Source of the DNA: Macrostomum lignano
Lineage: Eukaryota
Reading direction: 5' to 3'
Assembly: GCA_002269645.1 (NCBI GenBank)
Contig: NIVC01000671.1
Location: 372,001 to 436,000 of the forward strand
DNA: 64,000 bases
Positions 47,905-59,936 of this stretch are shown here, piece by piece; positions within the stretch are counted from its first letter, which is position 1, and every line of letters begins with the position of its first letter. Position numbers and translations under genes: made by a program. Below the pieces are notes generated by a model that did no database searches, had not been told where the DNA came from, and worked only from the letters and a program-made list of their open reading frames with translations.

Positions 47905-48700
47905 ATTCTCTCACATTAGCCCTACACCCCCAGATTAGCCCCACTTCCCCCAGATTAGCACTACCCCCCCATATTAGCCGCACACCCCCAGATTAGCCCC
48001 ACTTCCCCCAGATTAGCACTACACCCAGATTAGCACTGCGCCCAGATTAGCACTCAGCCCAGATTAGCACTCAGCCCAGATTAGAACTCAGCCCAGATTA
48101 GCACTCAGCCCAGATTAGCACTCAGCCCAGATTAGCACTCAGCCCAGATTAGCACTCAGCCCAGATTAGAACTCAGCCCAGATTAGCACTCAGCCTAGAT
48201 TAGCACTCAGCCCAGATTAGCACTCAGCCCAGATTAGAACTCAGCCCAGATTAGAACTCAGCCCAGATTAGCACTCAGCCTAGATTAGCACTCAGCCCAG
48301 ATTAGCACTCAGCCTAGATTAGCACTCAGCCCAGATTAGCACTCAGCCTAGATTAGCACTCAGCCCAGATTAGCACTCAGCCCAGATTAGCACTCAGCCC
48401 AGATTAGCACTCAGCCCAGATTAGCACTCAGCCCAGATTAGCACTCAGCCTAGATTAGCACTCAGCCCAGATTAGCACTCAGCCCAGATTAGCACCGCTC
48501 CACAGATTACCGCCGCTTCCCAGATAGTTTCACCTTCCCAGATTAGCACTACTTCTCCAGATTTGCACCACTCCGCAAAAATTCGCACCGCTACTTCCTC
48601 CAGATTAGCCCCAATCCCCCAGATTAGCCCCCCCCTCCTTTATATTAGCCCCACTCCCTTAGATTAGCACCGCTCCCCAGATTAGCACCACTCCCAAACT
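47905..48700. repeat. 17-bp minisatellite (CCCAGATTAGCACTCAG) with degenerate flanks
   Basis: Homogeneous core about 48040-48495. Confidence 0.93.
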
Positions 48701-49211
48701 GCTAAAAGGTGACTACTATTATCGCCTCAGAAGTTTAAAGTTAAACCCTCCCCAGAAATTGGCAGTTATCCCCACAACAACCTGAAGTTATCCCTTCTAA
48801 TTCCGCAAAACAGACTGCAGTCATACAACTCATTTGCACTCTACAACTTTTATTATTATTATTCATTTATCCCTCAGGGACCCAGAATTGTCCCTTCTGC
48901 AAGCTACAATTATTCACAGTTAGATATCCTCCTCAGAAGTCTGCCATTATTATCCTAGCAGTCTGCAGCTATCCACTCGGCAGTTTGCAGCTTATACGCT
49001 CATAAGTCTCAACTCGAGAAACTAACCAACGTCAGCAGTTTGCAGTTTGTCCCCTTTGCAGTCTGCAATGATCCCTTCAACAATCTGCAGTTCCCCTCAG
49101 TAGTCTGCAGTCAATTCATTTGCAGTCAGCAAGTGTTTCCTTAATAATTCTCATTTATCCCCTCAGTAGTCTGTAGTTCTCTCAGCTGGCCCCTCAGTAT
49201 TCTCAGCAAAC

Positions 49212-49480
49212 TGCAATGATCTTTTCAATTATTTAAAAATTTGTTCAGCATTTACGACAGCGCACTAATCAATTTTCGATACATATTGGCAGTCTTGCGC
49301 AACTCAGAATTTAGCAATACCTCAGCAGTTTAGCAGCATCGTCTACTGCAATGATCCTTTCAACAATGTAGAAATTAGCTCAGCATTTTATGGCTAACTA
49401 ATCGATTTTCGATACATATCGGCAATCTCTTGCACCACTCAGCATTTAGCAATACCTCAGCAGTTTAGCAGCATCATCTG
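49212..49480. repeat. about 135-bp tandem duplication
   Basis: CTGCAATGATC...TTTTCGATACATAT...CTCAGCAGTTTAGCAGCATC occurs twice in tandem. Confidence 0.75.
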
Positions 49481-49567
49481 CAGTTTAGTAATTTAATCCC
49501 CTGCAGTTTACTAATATCTACTTCTATAGACCTAGATAATAACAATTAATAGGATCTTAGGATTTTA

Positions 49568-49799
49568 CAAATCAAATCAAATTTGTTTAGTGGCTTGTGC
49601 AAGTAGCAAAAATAATTTATTGTAATTAATAAAAAAATTAATTACAATTAATCAAAAAATGTTCAAAATAGTCTTGGCAGAAGCTACTAATGAATGAATT
49701 TATTTAATTTTAATTAGCCGCTGGGGAGGCGGACTTGAACCTTGGACCTTACGCCTAGCCTAAACCTAGTCCTAGTGCCTACACTGCGGCTATTCCGCC
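49568..49799 (-). mobile_element. tRNA-derived SINE remnant with (ATTTG)n tail
   Basis: Minus strand TAGCCGCAGTG (A-box-like), GGTTCAAGTCC (B-box), ending AAATTTGATTTGATTTG. Confidence 0.55.
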
Positions 49800-49939
49800 T
49801 ACTGATCGGAGGGCGCAAAAATCAGCCATATATGCTTCGGCACTGCAGTCAAATACATAGCAGTGATAGGCTGCTCAGTGTGCACAGGCACAGGTTGTAT
49901 GCAGGCAGAGCCAATGCACAGTTGAGTGAAATCTATTAA

Positions 49940-50330
49940 TAGCAATTGTCTATGCAGTCCGCCAGTCAGCCAGGGTCAGAATGTACACACGCAGCCACTG
50001 AGCATTATTTTCCTCTCCCTTATTGCAGCCAGTATTGAGGCGTACACAGTGAACAGAGAAAAGTTGTGGCGCAATCTTAATTGGAATTGAAATTCAATCA
50101 GTGAGATTTTGACCTTTTCTAGCCTCCCATTGAAAGCATTAAAAAAAAACTCGTTTTTCGAATATTTAACCAACTTTTCATTCGAATTTTTCAATGCAAT
50201 TACACCCACACAATCTCACAAGAATTTGCAATTGAATAAAGCAAGTTTGAAAAAAATCGGTTCAGGCATTCAGGCTGTGGACTGGAATACCGGTCAGACA
50301 GACAGACCTTAGAGATTTAGTATATTGTGA
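49940..50330. mobile_element. possible non-autonomous Helitron/HINE-like element
   Basis: AAAATCGGTTCAG...CAGACAGACAGAC...TTAGTATATT near the right end; left boundary uncertain. Confidence 0.3.
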
Positions 50331-50904
50331 TGTGATGGAAATGGAAAATAGATTAAAAGGCATTATAATGGTTTTGATTCTTTTTTGTCATTATACCTTA
50401 GAAGCTAGAATAGCCAATGGCAAAAGTAATTTAAAGAGGTTAAAGTTTTTTCTCTTTGCATAAGCTAATTTAGATTAGAGCAATGTTTATATTATGGCCA
50501 CTTTAGTATATGGCCATTTTGTCTTTAAACATACATAATGCCCCACCTATTCTATATTATCAACTCATTAGACATTATGTAGCAACATTATGTAGTAGGC
50601 CTATATAGGCTTTATGTCTATTTTACATATTATCATATATATGGTAATATAGCCTACTTAAAAAAGGAAATGCTTAGAGCCTAGGCTTATGCTTATCTTT
50701 ATCATAGTCCCATGCCAAATAATTCTAACTTTACTCATACATAGGCCTATCTATATAAAAAAATTTCAGCTTATCCTTTTGGCAGCTTATTAAAATAGCT
50801 AGTACCATTTAAGTCTATAGGCTATGTCAATAATAACATGGATAGGCCTATATGTTAATAACTTTAAGACTAGAATAAAGCACCTTTAAGGCTTTAAATA
50901 TCTA

Positions 50905-51421
50905 TGTCCTAGTAAAATGTGGAATCCGCAATAGAATCAGAATAGAATAGCTAAATAGAATAGCAGAATCCACTAACTTGAAGTAAAATGCAAAACATAA
51001 GAATCAAAAAATGAAATTTTAAATATATTAGCTTTGCCTACAGCAATGTAAATATGTAACTATATAAAAAAGATATTTAAAGAAATTTTAGTATGATTCT
51101 ATATTAATGCAAACTGAACTAGATTCTAGAAATAGCAGCATCTATTGGACTTTACTCAAAGTAATATTATAGGCCTAGGTTCTCTCATGAATAATATAGC
51201 TGATAAGTGGTTTGGTAAAATTTTGAAAGCTTTATTGTTATATAATATAAGAATTATATATAATAGATCATAATGCACTTAGGCTACTTTGCATTTGAAT
51301 TTTAGTTGAAGTTATTGGATTCCGTTGCTCTTTCTGCATTATAACATTCTACTGCAGATTCTGCATTTTACCAAGCTATTCCATTCTAATTCCGCTGCGG
51401 ATTCCGCATTTTACTGGGTGC
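50905..51421. mobile_element. MITE-like foldback with 42-bp inverted arms
   Basis: 50911-50952 versus reverse complement of 51374-51415: 36/42 identical. Confidence 0.7.
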
Positions 51422-52678
51422 CCAGTGCCCTTTAAATGAATTTGTTCAAGGACCCTAAAGGTCCTTCTTCATTTGGACTTTGGTATTTATATATATTTTA
51501 TTAGCATGCATGTAGTTTCAAAAATCTTATTGTATTTTTTGTTTTGAGTGTTTATCATGGCTGAGGCTGAGCCTATAGTATAGTATAGGCCTAGTATAGA
51601 GTCCAGACTTGCAACTATTTTAATTTAAGAGGCCATGGGGATAAGCTGATAATTATTGACACAGATCCATGTGGATAAATTAGAATTATTGACACGACCT
51701 ACAGACTTGAATGGTGGCAGCTATTACAATAGGCTGCCATAAGGATAAGCTGAAATTCTAAAAATTATTGACCCAAGGGGACCCAGATCAATGTGGATAA
51801 AAATAAAATAGGAATTAATGACACGGCCTACAAACTTAAATGGTGGCAGCTTTTTAAATAAGCTGCCGTGGGGATACGCTGAAAATAATCGACACGGATC
51901 CGTGTGAATAAACTTGGAATTATCAGCACAGGACTGTAGGATGGAGCATGGAGATAAGCACTTCCTTTAAAAAAGCTATTTTTCATGTATAAGTTCGGCC
52001 TCGTGCACTAGGACATACGACTGCAAAGTCAGTATAGGCGTCACAGATGAGTTTCTTAAGTTTGAGTTAGCACTGGTGGATGATGGAAGTGTTTAATCTT
52101 GAATGGATGTAGGATTCTAGAATCTTTAGTAATCCATGCGCGCAGTCAGTAGTCTGATGTTGAGATGTGTTCATTAAACAATTTAAATTCGCACCAAAGT
52201 AAACACATTAAACAATCGTTTCGACACACTTAACATTACTTTTAGTAGTTTTAGACACCAAGAAATGCAACACTGGGGTGTAAATAATCACGTTCCAGCT
52301 TCAATACCCAATTTCGCTTGGTTTAAGAAGTATACGGTTTTAGCCCTCTTTGGCACGAATTTGAAACGGAATTAGAGAAAACGATATTAGTAAGTAAGTA
52401 AGGATAAGCTGCTATTAAAACTACAAGAAAACGAAAAAATAAGAAAAAATCATGCATGGTTGATTTCAATTATTTTATCAAAAATACAATAATAGTGAAT
52501 AGTGGTCTATATTTCATGACATCGACGACAGTTAGGCCCTACAAAAAAAAGTAAGAATCAACGGCATAATCCTAGTTTCCCGCGTTAAAAAAAATTGAGT
52601 TAAAAATCGACTGAATAAGTTAAACCAAGTTAGTCCAAAGCAGTCAATCGTCTGCTGAGCTAACTAAATTGCATAATA

Positions 52679-52745
52679 ATGAGCAACCTAGAACAAGAAG
52701 TTGCCGAAAGTCGAAAGACTTCTCTGAGTAAAGGTGGCGCCAGAG
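52679..52745 (+). CDS. candidate remote first coding exon of the PP2A B56 gene
   Basis: ATAATAATG context; MSNLEQEVAESRKTSLSKGGAR then G|gtaaac (phase 1), compatible with a phase-1 acceptor gctatgccag| at 59084; sits in a CpG-retaining patch. Confidence 0.35.
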
Positions 52746-55700
52746 GTAAACCCTAGGCCTACGCCTACCCATCAGGTGCGAATCTAATAGGCAAATACAT
52801 TTCATTAGACATAAAAAGGCTATATACCATAGAACTTCCAAGGTACAAGGTAGGCTATGCTATAGGTAATAGACATATAGTTAATTGTGTATCTAGATTC
52901 TAGGCCTATCTATAAAATTGTTAATAATGTAGTTTATATGTCTTAAATATTTTTTAATTAAATTTAAATCATAACTTAATATTTTTAAAGTTTAGAAGGG
53001 CTTAAATGTCTTTAATTTTTATATTTTAATTGTAATCTCAAGTTTTATATGTAAAATAGCATTTTTTCAACATAAAAAATAAAAAAATACTTTTTCTATT
53101 GGTCAAATTATTTAATAAGATTTTTTATCATTAAATAATGTTTAAGCTTTATAAAGCTTTACTAGGCCTAGTTCAAGTGCTAATTAGGCCTATCATATGT
53201 AATAGATATGATTGCTCTCATTGAAATTATCCTACCATTGCAACCAGCTGTTATAGGGCTAGGCCTACTTTTCTAATTCCTATTATTGAATATCCTAAAG
53301 CTGCTACCAAAGTTGTCAAAGGCGTGATTACTCTCACTGAAATTATCCCACTGCTGCAACCAAGTTGTCAAAGGGCTGATTCTTTTGTCTTCAAAAAATT
53401 GTTTTTATGTTGGTAGCTGCCACCAAGATTATTCTAATAATAAATTGAGTTTATTAATCTTAGGCTCTAGAATAAGTCTGAGAAATGTTTCTTGGAATTA
53501 GTCTGAGCATATATCTGAGTATTTGTCTGAGTATATATTTGAAAATTTGTCTAAGTATATTGTTCTTAGAATACTATTTAGCCCTTATAAGTATTGTTCT
53601 TCTGTTATTCCGGTAGCATATCCTATTATTAGCCTATAATAATATCCTACTATCCTATTAATATAGCCTATTCCTATTATTCTGATAGTGTTTACTGTTA
53701 TTCTGGCCTAAGTGGTATATTGGCTTACTGGTAAATATATTGTATATACTTCCAATCCTAGGTATTACTGAGATCAGAGGGTCATAGCCTCTAGTTATTC
53801 TTTCATGTATCAATTTAGGATCTACTTCGTAGTCTCTTACTATTTCCACTTCTCAATAATATATAGGCTACTGTATGTGTTCTTTGCCACTTCACTTCTC
53901 TTCTGCAATTGAAAAACTTGGAAAACAATCTTCAATAATGTTTACTTGGAACTCTTTCTATTTGATACTGGCTTTCTTTCTTAAAGAACTGCGATGTGCA
54001 AGCTTGGTCTCTCCTCTGCCAAAAATTATCTATTTAATACTAAAATTTATTGTTAGTTTAAACAAAAATTAGTTCGCATAAAATATTATGAAAAATATGT
54101 ATACTATAACAAATGTGTTTTCTAGGATTCAGCACACATTCAAAATGAGTTATACCATTATCAATTTCATAATATAAGAATCAGGAGGGACCCTACACAT
54201 ATAAGTGCTATTGACATTAATACTATTTTCTCTAGTTCTTTAGTGAGCTCTGCAAAACCTACAAACCCAATGACATGCGCAAAGTGCATATCTTTAGGGT
54301 TATAGGGTAAGCAAAGTGAACATGTAAGGCACAAAGTGCATTAGGTGGTCTTGGTTATGACAAATATAATAATATAAGATATGTGCATCAAAAAATTAGC
54401 AAAAAATCTCACAAAAACTGCTATAACTTTCAAAACTACAAGAGCAAATTTGACAAATAAGGTAGGGGCCTATCATTTTAAAGAGAAAAATCTAATCTAT
54501 TTAACAAGTATAGTTTTGTATAGATTCATTGCGGAAGAAAGGAACAAGCTCTAGTTGAAATGTTTGTCTTAAGATTATATCTTTACAAAAGTGCATTTCC
54601 TCGTGCATATTAAAACTGGTGCTAAAAATGTTTGAGGGTTATAGGTACCCCTTACTAAGATGCATAACATTATTTGGTTGTTTTTTTTCAATTGTAACAA
54701 AAAGTTAGCACTATGGTAGCAAAAAATGCAAAAATTAGGAATGTACTTTTATTGTTTTTTTGCATTTTTTCTATACTGCTAATAGTTAAGCATACATATT
54801 ATGCACCAATCAATGCACAATTCAAAGATATACAAATGTGGAAATTTTCAATTCTTAAACATTATAAATAAGAAAGTTATAGACAAAGAACTACAAATCA
54901 TGATTTCAAACTGCTTTGAAGAAAAGTGCTCATTATAATTTTTGGAATATGGAAGAAATAATTTAACATCGTCATTTAATTCCAAACTAACTGTACTTTA
55001 AGATACTGCATGATTTTTTCTTGAAAGAGCAAAACCTATTTAAACATACATGTCCAACCTTGAAATTTTACTTGTCTAGTGCAACTTAGTTTGGTCCAAA
55101 TTTGTAACATCACCTTACAGCAGTAGGCTAGCCTGGAAAAAAGATCAAAATATCTCTAGGCTAGTCTATTGCCATCATAGGTGGCAACATAGTTCCTCCC
55201 GATTGTGACTTAGTTCTTGATTGCAACTTAATTCCCCCAATTGCAACTTAATTTTCACTTTGTATGACTTCTTTGCCTTTTTCTCTTTTCATCTCCTTCT
55301 CTTTCTCTTTTCTCTTTTTGCTCTCTCTTTTCTCCCTCCTTTCTTTTCCTTTTTTCTTCCTCTCCTTTATTTTTTTCTTCAATTTTTTTGTTTTTTTTTT
55401 TTATTTTTGATTGTGTAACTTACCTTGGCCAGCGGCCTTTTCACCCATCCGGTTCAGACAGGTTGGATGGGTGTTGGGCATGTATGTATTACATATGTAT
55501 TACATTTATATACAAGTAATACATGTATATAAATATTTGAAAAAAGGAAAAAAGTATCCTTTTCATAGAAATACACTCTTTTGATTGCTTTATCTAATTT
55601 CCAACAACAAAATAGTTACTTTCCAGCTAGAGAAAATAATTATTAGGGTAATTTTCAAAATTGCATACTTTGCAAAAAGTAAATTGAAGTTTAATATTTA

Positions 55701-58549
55701 TAAACATTAGAAATGGGACCAGGATGACTAATGAATGGATATTTTACTTTGGTTACCTACTATAATGGACTAAACTGGCACTGGCAGAGATAGATTTGAA
55801 AGAAACTAATCACTCCATTGTATTTGGCTCCAATGTTACAATATATTAGGGTATAATCAGCTAAGTTATCAAAAGAAACTAGATACCAATCACAAGTTTC
55901 ACCATCCCATACCTACTACAATTTTAGTCACATGCAACAGTAATACCCTTCCCTAAAAGTTTTCAATATGTAAAATTCTGTGTTAGATTATATAAAATTT
56001 CATATATAGTGAAATTTTAGCTGTTTACATGTTGGTGGTTTGAAAGTAGCTATTTTTGTACAAAAATACACTGTCATTAATACTATACCTATTGTAACTT
56101 TAGTATATGACCTATGAAAGTTGAAGCATAAATTGTACTTTTCTAATTTTATTTTGTCATTCCTTTGTATGCTTAGGTTGGCTTGCCTTCCTTGTGGGGT
56201 GAGGCCTTGGCCACTTTCTCCCTTCTATTACAATCAAAGCACATTTAAAAGCTTGCCACAAGTGTACATTCAATATTATCAATTGATTATTTAAAACAAG
56301 CTTCTAGTGGTTAGTGTTTAAAAGTGAATGGCCTTGAGTATACACGATTGTGAGAAGAAATATAAAGAAATATTGTTAGGAAACTTGTTAGGAAATATCA
56401 CAAAATATTAGGAGCATCAGCATTAATAATGCCTTGGAAGTCTTTAAATAATCAATTCAACACTAGGTATTATAAAATTCTAACCCCAAGCTCACTAGGG
56501 CAAAAAGACTTTGTTTTCATTAACTATCTCAAAAGCTAAAGTTTCAGTTGCTAATGTCTCTTGCACTAATATCCTAAGCACAAATAGTCACAAAAGCTTA
56601 ATTCTTAACTTTCCACTACTACTATCATTAAAGAAAGTTGTTGCTTGAATATATATTATATATGTAGAACAAGCAAAAAAACAAGCAATAGCAGCCTGAA
56701 GGGTCAGTTCAAATGTATACAAGTTAGCAATAAGGCAGTCCATTAGAGTGGCAATGGGGGCCTAGCCGCAGCATAATTGCTTAGTTGGTTAGTGCAACAT
56801 GGCCAAGGCTAGAGAGACAAGCATACTGTGACCTAGGGTTTATAGGCAGTGTTGGCAGTAGCCTAGTAGTATCTGGTAGCATTGGTATGGGATAGCACTT
56901 AAAGGCAAAGTTCCAGTGTGGGCTATCAGAGCATTGGTCAGTAGGCATTCTAGGTAATGCAGGTGTTGCACGTAGTATAGTAGCAATCAATAAAGTGCAT
57001 CTAAGGCTCACTTTTGCATCTTGGTTAGCAACGTGGCTTCTATGCCATTGCTTAAGGATATTGTCTCTATTGCTAATGTAATGTCTATCATTATTATTAA
57101 CAAAATACATTATTACCAGAATAACTTATTTTTATTTCAAATGCAGATATTTGATATCAAAATATCAAAGAGAAAGCTTAGGCTAAGGCAGACAAACAAA
57201 CCCTAGCCAATTAGAATTTAGTAGGCTATATGCATTATTAAGATAAGAAAAGCCAATGTACATATTAATAATAATAATATATATTTTTTATATAAAGAAG
57301 TATTATTTTATAGTATTACTTTATAAATTTTCTTGTCTAATTTATATAAGCCTAGTTTACAATATAAATGTAAGATAGTTACACTCTCTGTATAATATAG
57401 ATGATTAGATAAATATAGCTTAAATAGCCTATTATGAAATAAAAAGGCTAGCAAATATAATGAAACTAAATAACTTAAAAGACTTCAATTACAAAAGGCA
57501 ATTCTATTAAATATTTAATTTTTAGCCAAGTAACAAGTAAAGCTGATTTCATTATCATATGTTACAAACTTTCAAAAAACTTAAAGATACATATCAAACA
57601 AAGTGCATTAAACAGTATCTGCTGCATTATATTGAGGAGCAAGCCAAATGTTTTGGCAACTCATATATACACTATCCTAGGATAGTATAAAAGTAAAAAG
57701 AGAAATATTACAAACAAACCACTTATTCTCTTTCCAAACAATATGGTAAATATGCCCTAGAAGTTCAAGTATTCTACAAAGCATTCTCTTTATAGTCTCT
57801 CTTTTAGTATTAACAGCCTATAATAATAGAAAGAAGTAGTAAGCTACTTTATATTGTCTTGATACTTAAAAATTGTAAATAGTGGCTTTCTTACTATATA
57901 CTAGATGGAATATATAAAATTCTCTCTTTTACCCAATATTTGGCTATAGCCAAGTGCTATATCTTACTATTTTGCTATTAAAAAATCAATATATGCCATC
58001 TATGCCAATATATAGCCATCAGCAATTTACATTGCTCACATTTAGTCAATTAGGTATTGTAGAATATTCAATTACAAAAAACATACTTATTGGTTTCTCA
58101 GATTGAACCTTGTCTTGCCCTTCTCTTCAATTATTACATTCTAAATTTTGAGGATTTGGTATCTTAAATGCCCCTTTACCTAATAGCCTTGAATACTTTA
58201 GCTACAATTTTAGTATATTGGATTAAAAACTTATATATGTGTATATTTATTTTAATTTTATTAATTTTCTTAGTCAAAAACTCTAGAATTCAAGGCAAGA
58301 TCTTTGTAGACTAGTGGATCTCTATTAAAATGGTCCTAATCATATTGATATCCATATACCAAAAATTTATTGACTTCACTAACTTAATTGTACCTGATTG
58401 GACATGATCTGTATCCTGTATTAGGAATTATGAATTCAAGCAGTAGTATTTTGGCTGTTAAAAGCCAAGTACAATAGGTGAGGACATCTAAAGGACATCT
58501 GGCAGTCATACTAGTCATAGGTTAAGTAGGTGTATGCATAAAATCCTAG

Positions 58550-58620
58550 ATCAAGGGCCAGAAAACTCCAGCCTGTGGGCCACATGCAGCCCGTGAAGCC
58601 TTTCTATCTGGCCCAGTTAC
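58550..58620 (+). mobile_element. hAT (Charlie-type) terminal fragment, CpG-decayed
   Basis: AAACTCCAGCCTGTGGGCCACATGCAGCCCGTG resembles the recurrent AAACTACGGCCCGCGGGCCACATGCGGCCCGCG terminus. Confidence 0.5.
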
Positions 58621-58629
58621 AGTTGGTTT

Positions 58630-58860
58630 CTCTTTTCAGTTCTCTTCTTTTCTCTCTCTCCCCTCCTTTCTCCCTCTTCTCGCTCATCTCCACTCTCTCC
58701 CCTCTCCTCTCTCCACTCTCCCCTCCTCTCTCCCCTTCTCCACTCTATCTCCCCTCTCCTCTCTCCTCTCGCTACCCTCTCCTCTGCTCTCTCCTCTCCC
58801 CTTTTTTCTTTCCTACCTTCTTCCTTATCTCTACCCTCCTCTCCTCTTTTCTCTTATCCA
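58630..58860. repeat. CT-rich low-complexity tract
   Basis: Almost exclusively pyrimidines. Confidence 0.8.
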
Positions 58861-59076
58861 GAAACTTAAATAAGCAAAACAATGTCTGAATATTATTGTG
58901 CAAGTAATGCATCGAATATGTTGGCTTATTTTTCACTTGGTTCTTTAAACTTTCGGAAATTTAGGCTAAAAACAGTTTCTTATGTCCTTTTCTATCGTAT
59001 GATTTACCTTACAACTGAGATACATGAGAAGCAACAAAAAATTCCCAAAAATTTGCATGGACCCATCAGCCCGGCT

Positions 59077-59936
59077 ATGCCAGTAGCTGGCAGCGATCAA
59101 AAGCTGGCGCCAACTCCGCCACCATCCTCAGCCCAGTCCCAGTCTCCTCCATCGTCAACAACAGCAATAACAACAACATCGTCTTCCTCGGTTGCATCAT
59201 CTGCGGCGGCCTCCATTGCCGCAGCCTCCGCGGCCGCTGCAGCCAAGCCGCTGGAACAAGCCAAGGCCAGTTCGCCAATCCCGGCAGCCACGCCGCCGCC
59301 TCTGTTGCCTAGCAACGCAACGCGGGAAGCCCGCAGCGGCAGTTGCAGCCATCAAGTTAGCAAGAATCGCGAGCTGTTAGCTTTGCCAGCGCTGAAGGAT
59401 GCCGCTAACGAGCAGGAACGGGAGGCTCTGCTGTTGCAGAAACTGCGCCAGTGCTGCGTGGTCTTCGACTTCGCCCAGGACCCGCTTTCCGACCTCAAGT
59501 ACAAGGAGGTGAAGCGCCTGGCCCTCCAAGAGCTTGTAGAATTCGTCACGGTTGCCCAGGGCGCCCTGACCGAGCCTGTGTACACCGACGCCGTCGCCAT
59601 GTTTGCCGCCAACGTGTTCCGCACTCTGCCGCCGCCGTCCAATCCTCTCGGCGCGGAATTCGATCCGGAAGAGGACGAGCCCAATCTGGAGGCGGCCTGG
59701 CCGCATCTGCACCTGGTGTGCGAGTTCTTTCTGCGTTTCTTAGAATCGCCCGACTTTCAAGCGTCGCTGGCTAAGCGGTGCATCGATCACGCCTTCGTGC
59801 TGCAGCTGTTGGACATGTTCGACAGCGAGGATCCGAGGGAGCGCGATTTTCTTAAAACTATTCTGCACAGAATCTACGGCAAGTTTGTGGGCTTGCGCGG
59901 CCTGATTCGCAAGCATATTAATAATATTTTCTACAG
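59077..59936 (+). CDS. PPP2R5: PP2A B56 exon
   Basis: Low-complexity N-terminus then HEAT-like core; TTCTACAG|gtaagt; 5' boundary uncertain. Confidence 0.88.

Noticed and set aside
47905-48700. Telomere-like repeat
   Set aside because: The 17-bp unit contains TTAGC/ATTAG but no TTAGGG or TTAGG array.
52644-52841. Minus-strand 65-aa ORF
   Set aside because: No recognisable motif; the plus-strand short exon reading has better start and donor signals.
58882-59076. 5' extension of the PP2A B56 ORF from the ATG at 58882
   Set aside because: AT-rich, intron-like composition with no family similarity; probably chance read-through upstream of the true exon boundary.
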